Source: Lama guanicoe (taxonomy: Eukaryota). Taken from it: a stretch of 64,000 nucleotides of DNA. Below are positions 13,604-25,435 of this stretch, piece after piece. Numbering within the stretch: the stretch's first letter is position 1; each line of letters opens with the position of its first letter. The position numbers were made by a program, and so were the translations under genes. The stretch spans positions 17,848,711 to 17,912,710 of the forward strand of contig MU054187.1 of assembly GCA_013239625.1 (NCBI GenBank). Direction: 5' to 3'. The notes below the pieces were generated by a model, which was not told the origin of the DNA, did not search any database, and saw only the letters and a list, made by a program, of their open reading frames with translations.

Positions 13604-13737
13604 CAAGTCATCGATGCTGATCATAAGAACATTCTGATACACTCTGCCGTCTTTACCTCCAATATCACAATCAGATGATGCTACTGGCAACAGAACAAGG
13701 ATCAGGGGAGGAATTCCAAAGATATACCTAAAAGAAA
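13604..13737 (-). CDS. IL7: Interleukin-7, coding exon 2 (134 nt; rest of signal peptide and mature N-terminus)
   Basis: Acceptor tttaatttag|TT TCT TTT AGG and donor GAC TTG|gtacgt. Exon1+2 translate to [48 protein letters not shown], recognisably IL-7 (signal peptide ends VASS, mature chain starts DCDI). The ORF-track entry 13502..13768 is this exon read into flanking intron. Confidence 0.97.
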
Positions 13738-16700
13738 CTAAATTAAACAGTAAATAAGAATAGGCCAAATGTCGTAGGTCATGTTAAATCATTTGACAGA
13801 GGTGTTTCAACTGGCCTGACCACTTATTTCCAATAATTAAAAAAATGCATCTTGATTTTTGGATGGTGTGGGAAGAACTCTAAAGTTCGATATTATAGAA
13901 CAACCAAAATAGGACACCTTTTTCGAGTTTAGGTATCTTTCGGTTTTTATTTAGAAATGAATCTTTGGGAAAGTGCAGAACAGGTGTCATGACAGCAGAG
14001 TCCCTCTGATTCACTGACAGGAAAACAGGTCAATTATGGGTAAAAAGTTATACATTTTTGAAATTTTATAATCAATGGCATGTGATTGTGTATTCATGTA
14101 GAACTTGATGGTTGTTCAAGTGTCCAGCTGCTTCTTAGAGACAGGGAGTTTAGCTCCATGCTACTGTACTGGGGTTGTATTCTTTCTTTTCAATGCTGGA
14201 CCTTAAAGGGCTTACCCTTCCCAGGACTGTGACAAAGCTGATATTTACATTATGAGAATCCTTATCTTTTCAGTATTTTCTAAGTGCTCAGAGACCCATA
14301 TTCTCTTCAAACACAGTTCTGTCTAGCTTCGTGATATATTAGAAAAACCCAGTAAGTAAATTCATACCCTGTTAACTAATTATTTACTTTTTTTTAAATA
14401 AGTGTTTTCAATTAGGGGCAATTATTAATCAAAAGGAATGGAATTATAAATGGTGTCAATTGAGGCAACACTAATACACTGATAGAAAGCATTAAAATCT
14501 GGTTACACAGGGACTTGTTTCTTCATAAGCCTGCCAGTGTCTTTTTGCATCTTTCTATGAACTCTTGAATTATGTTGACCATATATTTCCTGTGAATTTC
14601 ACCAATGAATTTGACTGTACTTGTTGAGTGCAAGACATTTCACGTGTACACCTTCTCCCGACTAAAATTCCAAACAGTACCCCTGGAACCCAAGGAACTA
14701 ATATTGTGACAACAGCCTAAAGACTGTTAAATATATCATAAATTTCCCAATAACATCATCACTTATTACATAATTATCTGTCATATAAAAATTAGTAGCA
14801 CTTCCCAATAAATTATGTGCTATTGGTGCACAATATTTTTACAATTAGAGAATGTAGGAAACAAACATGAATTCCACATCCCATCTTCACATGTCACTAC
14901 CACTTGACAAGGTAAGAAAGAGGAACAAATGAGACACAGAACCTATTCACAGCCCTGCCACCAAGTGTCTATATACATGATGAGCAAGGATTCACTTGGG
15001 AGATTAATAATGATGATCATGCTATTTACCTTTAACTGAGTAGCTACCATGTACTGAGCACTGGTCCCTGCCTTATACTTACTATCTCTAAGGGTCAAAG
15101 GGTCCTGCCTGCTATTTAATCTTTTTGTAAAACAAGATAGTAGGTACCAAGTCTGGATTCTAACCTGAGCTTGCTGCCACACCCGGACTTGATTGTAAAT
15201 GGCCATAATCTTTTGATAACATGTAATCACATTGTTCTTCTGAATGAAAATCACTTCCAGGCACTATTACAGAACTCTGTCTCCCTTTGTCCTACTACTG
15301 TCCCTTCATCCTGAAGATTCTCAAACAATGATCCCTTGCTAATTATTTACTTGGTCCTAACTTTATAACCAGATTTGTATAGACTGCACAGAGCCAAACC
15401 TTTTCTTTTCTCTGTCATCTTACAGATGTCCAGCAGGTAGACTTTGGGAGGAGCAAATGGTAAGGAAAAGTTACACAGTATATAACTTGAAATGAGCTTT
15501 AAAGGAAATATAACAAGATAATTAAACATTAGAATGAAAAAGAGACATTTTAATCATTATACAGAAATGTTATTTCAAATGTCCACATTTTATGTTTGAA
15601 TAAAGGAGGCTGTTTTATTTTTTATAAGCATGAGTTATTATCTCCTCTTCATTACAATTTTCAGTAAATGATGCTCCCCAATTCATATCAATCATTCACT
15701 GGATGGTATTTTATCAACGCGTTCAAATGATGGCTTGGTGGAAAATTCAGTCTTTTTTGTGTACTACAACTAGTTTCTCAATTTTAAAACATTATTTGCC
15801 TTATCTGTAAAGAGGGTTTTTGGTTGTCATCCTTGTTAAATAAGTTAGTCCCAGATTAACTCTGGTGATGCAAAACACAGAGGGAGACCTGGGGCTTCTG
15901 TCTTGGTATGACAGTGGTTGTGTGACTGAATGAGTGACAGAGCATCTTAAAAGCTTCAGTTACCTAATTTGTAAAACGAACACATGATCTCTTGATGTCC
16001 CTTGCAACCCTCAAGCAGCCGAATTCTGTGAGTCTACCTAGCCAACCTATTACAGTAACTTTATATTTGAAACCACCTGATGGACAATGTTGCAAACACA
16101 CCCAGGGTTTTGAACTCACATTTCATTGGTTTCTAGTTCTTTCATTAATGACTTGCAATTTGATTTGCAATTGAAGTCTTTTCTCTACACCACATAGAGT
16201 GCAACATATTAATATTGCCTAGTTTGAGCATGCTTTTGACATTGTTGTCACAATAGGAAAGGGCTCCGTTTTTATTTTTGTTTTTAGATTATACAGAGAG
16301 ATCCACCCCCTCCTCCAACCTTGAACTTTCCATTAGGTTACAAAAAAAAAAAAAAAAACCATAAGGAATAATGCGAGGCAAGCTTGGGCTTGCGGAATTT
16401 TCTTTAGATTTCCTGAAGGGACTGAAACTAGAGAATTTGTTTTCAGTAGGGAATTTGGTTAAACCAGAATGAGAGCTCTCTAAAAAAAAAATTCTTGCTG
16501 GTTTTTAATTTAAGCCAAATAATACATCCAATCCTCAGATGCTTAAGTTATGGGGTCAAAGTGAACATAAACAAATTCGTTTCTATAGTCCAGCAACCCC
16601 AATCTTTCATTAGTCTTTAAGAACCATTAGTGTTTATTGACTGTCTATTATAAATGTTACATAGACCTATTTTCACTGTGATTTTTAAAAAAATGGTCAA

Positions 16701-19125
16701 AAGAGATTCAGGATAGAATGACATTGTCTGAATATGTAAGACTTAGCTTTAATATGAACAATTGGCACAAGCGAGTGAGTACAGTTAATAAACAGTAGGA
16801 AATGACCATATGTTATATGGAAATCAGCTTTTTAAGGTCATAAAAATGAATTTGATTATGTTCACATGAAGGAATCTACTATTTGCCACAAACATATTAC
16901 AACTATATTATAAATTCCATCCACAAGTCCAATGATAAACAGTTAAAGACATTTCTGAAGCCATCCTCTAATATTGCATACAGTGTTTCATTTAATCCCA
17001 TAACCATTTCATGAGGTAAGTACTACCAATTATTAACACTTTAGCAGATGGAGAATCTGGGGCCCAAACTTTTTCCCCACATAAAATGAGCCAGGATGCA
17101 AATCCAAATTTGTCAGGGTGAAGAATCCGGAAACTAAGATTTTAGCCACTGAGCTACACTGCTTCCTACAAAAATAACTGCATGTGTGTAGTCCAGGGAA
17201 ATGTACAAAAACCCATGTTCCTCAACATGAACCTCACTAAGGCGCTTCCTTGGCCAAGCTCTGAAACACTGCATCACACACTTTTATTTCAGGAAACAAG
17301 ACACTAATTATTTGCTCTTATTACATTAGGTTATGTGTCAGAGGTGAGGTCAGAGAAAACATCTCACATGCAAGGGTGTGCATTCAGCACGTAAGTTGGT
17401 CCTATGAAATAACCTTTTCTATTTTTGTTCAAGATATTTCAACATTTATGTGTCACTGTGTGTGCTTCTCTTTTATACTTGTTCAGGCTTTCTAATTACT
17501 CTCAGTTCTCCATTTTTTATTACTATTTCATTTTTTTGGTCTTCAGATATGATTAAATTACCTAAACTAGATAGCACAATCGAGGACCACATAGCAGGTC
17601 CTCAACTACTTCAACTTTCAGAAGAAGTAGCAAAGAAAAAGGGTAAAAAGTAACACTATCCGAAAGCATCTAGTGCTTGGAAATCTCTTGGAACAAAGAG
17701 CAGAAAGCCATTCATAATCATTATTATTAGTTTAGAATTCTAATACTTTGGTGGCTGATAACTTATGATACATGATGAATATAGATATACTTCAGGAAAT
17801 AAAGGTTCCTTGTTAGTAATGGGCACCCAGCTTCCTTTTCTTGTTTTACCTCTCCACTTTAGATCGGAGGTGACAGAATTAGAACTGGGAGAGGCCCAGA
17901 AAGAAGCAATTGCAGGAGATCCAGGGGCATTGTAAGGAAAACAGGGGTACACCTAACATCAAATTCATGGGCTTCTGGAGGACACTCATTACAGATCTTC
18001 TGTCCTATAAACCCACTCCCCCCTTTATTTTGTTCCTGATCTGGTACCTCTCGGCTATGTCAATTTCTGATGCTTTAATACCGATGAGAGGGGAAAGGAC
18101 TCTTTTGATCTAACGGTGCAGCCAGGAAAGGGCACAGACCGGGCATCAAACACGAGGACAGCCTTCTCCCTATCCCTGCGCCCTCCCCGACCCGTCTCCT
18201 TGTGCCTGAGGAAGCATTTACTGTAAGACATTAGAATTGCCCTCAGCAGATCCCCTCCCCTCACACCTCCTTTCCCCCTTTGTCCTTCCAGTCGACTTTT
18301 TGACTCTCCACGTTGGCCATACGGCTGCCAGCGGAATCCAGCTCGCCTCAACTCTGCCCTTGTCCAGTTTAAGTCCGTATTCCGCACAAATAAAATACAG
18401 TAGATCTCAGCAAGGCTCTACAGCTTAGAATTATGCCTGTTAATCCTGCCTCCAACAAGGAGCACCCATACAAGGGAAAAACCGAACATCCGAAACTGGC
18501 CTTTCTCAGTGCCGGTCCGAGCACTTGGGTTCCCAGCAAAAGACATAAGGCACAGCCCCAGTCGGAAACTCCCAGCCTCAGAGCGGGGAGAAAACGGGTT
18601 TTTCCGGAGACTTGTCCCCTTGGGTTTAAAAGCGCGTCCCACGGGAGCTTCGCTTTCACTTCTATAGGGAGTTGGAGCTGCAAGAGCCCAGATCCTCGCC
18701 GATCCCGGGGGGCCCGTGAGTAATGTGGCGCGGCCAGGAGCCCGGGGAGGGTCGGCTGGGCGCCGGTTGACAGCGGGCAGCACTGGGGGAGACTGGCGGA
18801 CAGCACTGCCACCTCTGGGACCTGGGTGCGGGCTGCCGCCGCTGAGCGGCGCCGAGGCTGCAGCGAGGGGCAGAGGGCAGGCGTCGGGGACTGCTGCTCG
18901 CACGCAGCCTGCCGGGCGCAGCAGCCCCAGGAGCCAGCGGCTACGGGCCGGGGTGCTCAGGCGCGGCTGCCGGCTGCCCGGGGCAGAGCCGCGCTCTCCG
19001 CAGGTGCAAAGTGCAAGGCCGGGCTGTTCCCGGACGCGCCCGGGCGCGGGGCCCCGCGGCGCGTCCCGGAGTCCCCGGGGCGTGCCGGGCGCGCGAAGGT
19101 CTGCGCCCGGGAGAGGCGCGCTTAC
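13738..19125 (-). other. IL7: IL7 intron 1 (5388 nt, GT-AG)
   Basis: Bounded by the gtaag donor at 19125 and the tag acceptor ending at 13738. Confidence 0.93.
16960..17170. mobile_element. MIR SINE
   Basis: catttaatcccataaccatttcatgaggtaagtact...agcagatggaga. Confidence 0.6.
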
Positions 19126-19135
19126 CATGGAACAT
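19126..19135 (-). CDS. IL7: Interleukin-7, coding exon 1 (Met-Phe-His plus first base of Val4)
   Basis: Minus strand reads agacc ATG TTC CAT G|gtaag: A at -3, canonical donor, and the 10-nt coding first exon typical of IL7. Joins exon 2 in frame to give [11 protein letters not shown]. Confidence 0.96.
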
Positions 19136-19157
19136 GGTCTGCGGGAGGCGGGCGTGG

Positions 19158-19365
19158 TCATGATGACCGCAACTGCAGCAGGCGCAAGCTCTCACCGCCC
19201 ATAGTCACTCCCGGGACCCTGGTCTTCCGCGGAGTTGCCGGCAGTCCGTGCCGGGTAGGGCCGTCTCCCCGCTGGTTCCTCCTACCCACGCCGCGCCTGC
19301 TGTTTCATCCATCCCAAGGGGGGCGGCACACACCACGGCCCGGCTCTGCGCTTCGCCTTTCCCAT
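19158..19365 (-). promoter_or_regulatory. IL7: IL7 5' leader with five upstream ATGs/uORFs
   Basis: Minus-strand ATGs with first base at 19365, 19312, 19308, 19202 and 19161. Which are transcribed depends on the start site, which the sequence does not show. Confidence 0.75.
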
Positions 19366-19392
19366 AACTTCCGTAGGATCAGCCAGCAGTGT

Positions 19393-19404
19393 ACTTTCAG
19401 TTTC
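19393..19404 (-). promoter_or_regulatory. IRF element (IRF-E/ISRE) of the IL7 promoter
   Basis: Minus strand GAAACTGAAAGT matches GAAANNGAAA, 258-269 bp upstream of the ATG. Human IL7 is known to be regulated by IRF-1/IRF-2 via an element at about this distance. Confidence 0.85.
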
Positions 19405-20239
19405 TACTTTGCGCTTGGGCTGCAGGTTCGATCTCGGAGTTAATCACTGGGGCGCCTTTCTTGCCCCTTCTTCCCTCTCCCGGTCACCGGCGTCCTCCCC
19501 CGGCTCTTCCTGTGCACCTGGACCGGGACCAGAGGAGGGCGCGAATTCCCAAAGCACCTCAGGAGGAATGAGTTGGCCTTCTAAATCAGGGCGATTCGAG
19601 GCAAAGGACTTTCCAGATGACCTCTAACCGCCTTGGCAAAGCCAGGCGACTAGGGTCTAAAAGCATCAGTCGCTAATGTGTCCACGAAGCTACAAATGTG
19701 TAGGACGAAAGCTGGGCTGTTACAGGCGGACGCCAGGGAGGAGGCGTCGCAGCTCTTGCCGCGGATGTGGTGGACGATGCCAAGTTGTTTTGTAAAAAAA
19801 AAAAAAAGAGAGAGAGAGAAAAGAAAAGAAAAAAAGGAAGTAAAGAATGATTAAGAGGGCCACTCCCTCAGCCTCCCCAACCTCTCTAGGCTTTTTCATC
19901 TCTGCCTTTTGTACATGCACCTGCCCAGGTGAGAGCTCAGAGAAAAAAAATCCGCTGGGTCAGCCTAATCTGGTGCTATCTTTGGACCTGAAAATCAAAG
20001 CCCAAATTAGGTGGAGGAAGTGGAGGCTGCCCATAATAGTTCATAACAATGACTCCAACGTGTGCATTCATCTGAATTGGCTAATAAATCAAATTGCCCA
20101 TGTTGAATGTGTGTTACGGTGAAAATCTTTTTCTAGTCCTGAATTATTTAGGTATTTTCTGTTTTGGTTTGGTTTCTGATATTCTGCAGTTACCTGCTTA
20201 AATGGGGGGGGGGTAAAGTAAAGTATAAACAGTGATGAT

Positions 20240-20465
20240 ATTACGATTCATTTATGTAGCATTTGCTCTGTGCTAGTATTGTGTATTGTCTCATGCTTTT
20301 TATGTGTAGCATCTCATGCAAAATTTTCTGTGCGGTAGACAGTTTTCTTACCTGCCCTTCACAGATGTGGGAACTGAGGCTGCCTTAAGTATCTGCCAGA
20401 ATTCACTTAGCTGGTTAGTAACAGAGCTCGGACAAAAACCTACCACACACAGGTTCTAGAATGGG
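20240..20465. mobile_element. MIR SINE
   Basis: cacagatgtgggaactgaggct core. Confidence 0.6.
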
Positions 20466-20719
20466 GGCTTGGACCCCCTGAGTTGGGAGTTCTTTTGAAC
20501 AATGTGGAAATTGATAGCAGGAGGAAGCCAGAGTCACTTGTCATGTGGATGTCCCTTTGCTCCAGTGTGGGGACCTCAGGAAAGATTTCTGGAGTTTGTG
20601 AGGTCTCAATTGAGACTCAAGCAGGAATTAACCTGGGGATGTGAGCATTCCAGATTCTGCTATAGTGTGAACAAAGAAACAAGGAAAAGAAAGGAGAAAG
20701 AGTAACAATGAAATAGAGT

Positions 20720-21065
20720 GAGACAGCATTGCTCAAGGCTGAAACTTGGATTTCTGATTCCTCTTTTAGTCTCACTTCCCACGTCCAATCCATGGGTAAA
20801 TCCTGTCAGCTCTACCTCAGAATTAAATTCTGAATCTGATCTGTGCACTCTGTGAATTGCCTGCTGTTTAAATCTTTCAGCTCTCACTCTTGCCCACATG
20901 CCCTTGATTCGCTTCACAGCAGCAGAATATCTGATTTACATTTGCCACCCTCTGTGACCACCCTCTAGCCACTTCGCACTGCATACCAGGCTTTCCAGGC
21001 CCCGCTGCCATCTCTGACCCTCTCTGGTACCCATGGCCTTTCTCCTCCCTGTGCCTGGCCAAGCT
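20720..21065. mobile_element. LINE-2 fragment
   Basis: aatccatgggtaaatcctgtcagctctacctc; cacagcagcaga. Confidence 0.6.
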
Positions 21066-22317
21066 GACTTCCCGTTAGAAGAGAATCTAGTGCACAGGCA
21101 CGCAGAAAGACAGAGAGAGAGAGGACAGTTGAGTGGGATGCATGAATGAGAACACGTGCGGAAGAGAAAGTATGTGAAGGCAGAAGGGAAATAGAAGGAA
21201 AGGGGGAGTGAGAACAGGAGGCAGAATGGAGTGGGAAAAGTCACGTATTTGCATCTGACTGCTTCTTAGCATGGAGGTGGACAGTGGAGAAACAGAAGGC
21301 TGGAGTGACTTACAAAAATGAACTCTGTAACAAAACACAACTAGATGGTTATTTATTTAAAATCCCTGACAGCAGCATTGAGGTAGATAATTGCACATAG
21401 CCTGCACTTTTTTTCTTTTTAACTTTTCAGGGACAGATGAAAGAGCATCCATCAATAACTTGCTCAACAGGAAATCCGTCTTCCTTTTTCATGCAATCAC
21501 CATAAAACCTGGCTGAGAAAGGGCTTGTGCATAAGTGAACTCTTGGGAAGCATGAGGGGAAATTATTCACAGTGCCAGGAGAGACAGTGTAAATTCCTCA
21601 CTAGCTCTGACTCCAAATGTGAAGAATCACTCTGAAGAAAATATTCATAAAGCATTTGGAATTTTTATTGTTATATAAAAATGGGTGCATTCTAACTACA
21701 TCAAGTTATAATTTTTCTGTCTAAGGCCATTTGGAAAAAATTCCAAAATGTAGTCTTAAATTCGTAGTTGATATTTTGATACAGTAAACATTATTTTTCA
21801 TAAGACAGATGGATAAGGATAAATTGTTTTATGAATTTTTATACGCTAATGTTCTGTGATTAGAGAACTGGAGTGTTTACCATCATGTTCACTCATAGAC
21901 TCAATGAACTGTGCAGAAAAGTCAACATGAAAACAAAATAGTATATACATTTATGGATTATAACTCATAAATATTAAGAAGGAAGATAGCATTCTCAGAA
22001 TAACTCATACAATGTACTAGAAAAAAATTGAAATAAAATAATATGAATTTCAACTTAAGAGAATTGTTAAAGTTTGACTAATATCTTTTTAAATGTTCTG
22101 CAATCTTTGATCAAAATAGTCAATTATTGGTAACCCGAAAATCTTTTCTTGATAATTATCTGAACTATCTTTACCCAACTTAATATGACTATTCTCTGTA
22201 GTCTGAGATCTGAATGCTAGCTGTCATTCTGTCTATAGATAATTATCTGAAGTCCCTACGACTCAATTTTCCAGGCATAATATTCAACATATTTCAAACA
22301 CACACACACACACTCAC

Positions 22318-22492
22318 CAGGATTACTTATGGGCATGTGTTCTGTGTAGAACACATGGGGTCTGTGCTTAGAAGGGCTCTGTGTTTGGTTTAATGTTCTG
22401 CTGTCAGTGTCCTGAAATTCTTAATTATTTTTGAACAAGAGGGCTCTCATTTTCACTTGCATTGGGCCCCACAAATTCTGTAATTGGTCATG
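22318..22492 (+). mobile_element. MER45A-like hAT DNA transposon, near full length
   Basis: ttggtttaatgttctgctgtc...gaaattcttaattatttttgaacaagagggc...cattgggccccacaaatt matches the recalled MER45A consensus. Confidence 0.75.
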
Positions 22493-23099
22493 CACACTTA
22501 CACATATTAAGCTGCACATTGTGGATAGCAATGCATGTCTTAAAGATAGTTTCAGTCTAGTGGGGAAAACAGATGTTAAATGTGTAATTTCAAAAATAAA
22601 TAATATTACGGAAAGGTTAAGGTTTATTTCAAACCAGAGTTTTAAGACAATCTAGACCCATTTTAAAAATTAGTGAAGGTCCAAAAAAGGTTAATATTCC
22701 TGCCCAGTGGGAAAATAGCTATAAGAGGATAACCTGTAACTATAAATCAGATCTGTTTGATTTTCAAGCCTGAGCTTGAGGATGAATTTTAAATTTTATC
22801 AAATGACTACTTAACATCTATTTACATGTGTTTTCTTGTCGCATTCCTGAATAAACTGCAAATTTATCATAATGCTAAATTCAAATTGCTAACATTTAAC
22901 TTAGAATTTTGCAATTGTATTCATAATTGGTGTATGTTTGTACTTCATATTACAGTCATCTGAGCCAGGGCTATTTCTGTCAAATTTTCTTAACTTACAA
23001 AAGAATTTGAGAATTCTGTTGTTTTCTAGAAACTGTAACTGTTTAAGCATTATACAAATGACTAGAGTTCAACAATAGAACATAACGTAATTTTATGGG

Positions 23100-23830
23100 A
23101 TGTAGCCTAGGGGTAGGATGAGACTGCCAGTTTCGAGCATTGTAAGAGTGAAAATAAAAAGGTTTCTTCTGAAGGTGGAATCAAAAAATGGCCACATCAA
23201 AATGTCAGGGACTTGGCTGAAAGTGTACGTCAGCATTTCAGTGACTGCTTGAGCCATGGAAATAAATGAAGTGACCCAACCTGAAATTGAGGAGAGGGGA
23301 GAGAGAGAGAGCCAATGCCAGGAGGAACGCTGAGACATGGACGCTAAGGGGAGATGGAGAATTGGGTGCCAGCCAACTACCTGACAAACAGTAGGCAGCG
23401 AGGCAGGAGAGGCAGAAGTCGGCGTCCCAGAAAGTCAAGGGAGATAGAATTTCAGAACAGATTAAGTCGTCAGTGTTTCCAAATATCACAACGAGATTGA
23501 ACAAGATGAAGACTGAAAAATGTGTCTACTGAATTTGTCAGAGTAGAGGTTGTCCGTAGTCCTCGTGACAACAGTTTGAGGAGAGCTGTTTAGTTGGAAG
23601 CAATATTCCAGTTTGTGGGAAGTCAGGGAAGATGGAAATAAAATGAAAGGAGACAACTTTTTAAGACGTCTGGTAGAGAGCAAAGGAATCAGGTAATGGT
23701 CTGAAAGGCATATGAAGCATAGTGGATGTTTCCATTTCCATGTGTGAGCGGTGCTAGAAGTTGTTCATATATTGATGGATGAAATTAGGTTCTTCTGAAG
23801 AAGTAGGACAGGAGGGAACCAAGAACCCAA
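23100..23830. mobile_element. LINE-2 fragment
   Basis: gagattgaacaagatgaagactgaaaaatgtgtctactgaattt and other L2 motifs. Confidence 0.65.
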
Positions 23831-24568
23831 GTAGTGATTAATTTTTTTCTAATGCTCCATTTCTCTGTCCTCTTTCATTTCATTTTATTCTGTACTTCTA
23901 AATCACCAGTATCCGCTATAAATCCACTGTAAACCCACTATGCCTAATTTTATATTCCTTATTGAAATGTTCCCAATGGCACTCATTCGTCTACTTCTGG
24001 GTTGAGTACTGGCTAGTCCAAGGGAAAAGTGTTGCCTGAATTGCCTTTCAGAAGGAGCGACGGTAGCTTCTGTAACTTTCACTATCCAGTCCTTCAGTAC
24101 ACTAGTGGATGTGTTGTTGACAATCGAGGTCCAGGGAATTCCATTTACTGATACAGTCTATTGAATTAGCTGCAACTGCACAACAGGAGAAGTACCGAAA
24201 GGGGTCTGCTTGCAAGAGTAGGTTTGCCATCAGGTTTATTTATTTCCTTTCACAGTTTTTCTTGCTGTGTTGTATTTGCATGCATTTTTAAAAAAATTGA
24301 AGTACAGTTTAATATTCAATAAATATTTACGAGGAGAAAGAAGAGAAGGCCACCAAAAGACCTAGAGAAAACTAAGGTCATAATAATATGGTGGTCTCAA
24401 TGAAGACACAAAGCAACTATAACAATAACACCTCTAGTGGATTACGAATTTGATCTATTCCATAGCTCCTAGCACTTTTCTAGATTCAACTTCCTGAGAT
24501 TTCTTTGAGCCTCTAAACTTCTTTTTTTTCCCTTTAATAGTGATCTCTGTGGCTCTTGGAAGCCCTCA

Positions 24569-24594
24569 GTTTTGTTTTGTTTTGTTTTGTTTTG
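24569..24594 (+). repeat. (GTTTT)5 microsatellite
   Basis: Directly visible. Confidence 0.85.
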
Positions 24595-25435
24595 ATTGTT
24601 TTTATCTAAAGTCACAGATTTATATCTGGCTATTATTGAAGAATGCCTGCAAAAGCCTCTAGCCTCAGAGGATCATTCTTAAATGACCAATGTACAGAAC
24701 TCACAAGATTCATTTTTGTCCTTTTTTTATGTTTGGGCCTCATTGTGTGCCACTTAGACCATGTATACTAAGTGAAAATATATATACTTAAAAGCTTAAG
24801 AAATAAGTTGAAATAGCTTTATACATAAGGACCTATCTGTATGTGGTAAACAGCCCTAATTTCATAAAGTTTACTTTAGAATAAAAAAGTTATAATATGG
24901 TTAGTTTGGAATTAGAATCAAAGAAGCCTTACTTTTCTAATCTGAATGAAAATTTATAAATCTCAGGGAATGAAAATGACACAGAATATCATTTTGAAAG
25001 GAGGGAAATAAATAGAAAATATTACATCACTGGTAAAAACAGTGTCTTACTTAGGACAAATCAGGGAGAAAAAGTGTTGGTCAAAAAAAAATCTAATGAG
25101 GAAGACATGATTAGAAAACTTGTTTGTTAAATATTAGGTGAATAGCTAACATAATAAAACAAACAAGGAAATCAGAGCATATAGTCGCTGTTTCTTAGGG
25201 TTTATCACTCAAGACATATGTGACACTCCACTCCATTGTTTGAAGAAATCATTGAATCTTCCTGGGAATAGTCAATGTATACATAAATGTGCTCAAATTT
25301 CTCTCAACCCTAAATAACCCTTTTAATTCAACACATAGTTAGCAGGTAATACTATGTGTCACACACTGTTCTATATACTTGGGATCTATCAGTGCACAAA
25401 ACAAAAATACTTTGTTACATTGAGTATACATTCTA

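Larger units (their letters stand above)
18100..19780. promoter_or_regulatory. IL7: CpG island: IL7 promoter, 5' leader and 5' part of intron 1
   Basis: Sharp rise in GC and CpG density (core about 18700-19780) against an AT-rich, CpG-depleted background. Spans the IL7 ATG. No obvious TATA box on the minus strand. Confidence 0.93.

Noticed and set aside
13502..13768. 88-aa ORF as a stand-alone gene
   Set aside because: It is IL7 exon 2 extended into intron on both sides; the splice sites define 13604-13737.
18055..19920. Long overlapping ORFs (up to 247 aa) on both strands in the CpG island
   Set aside because: Arg/Pro/Gly/Ala-rich products expected from stop-poor GC-rich DNA, with no recognisable domains. 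Only the 10-nt IL7 coding exon and the uORF starts are supported.
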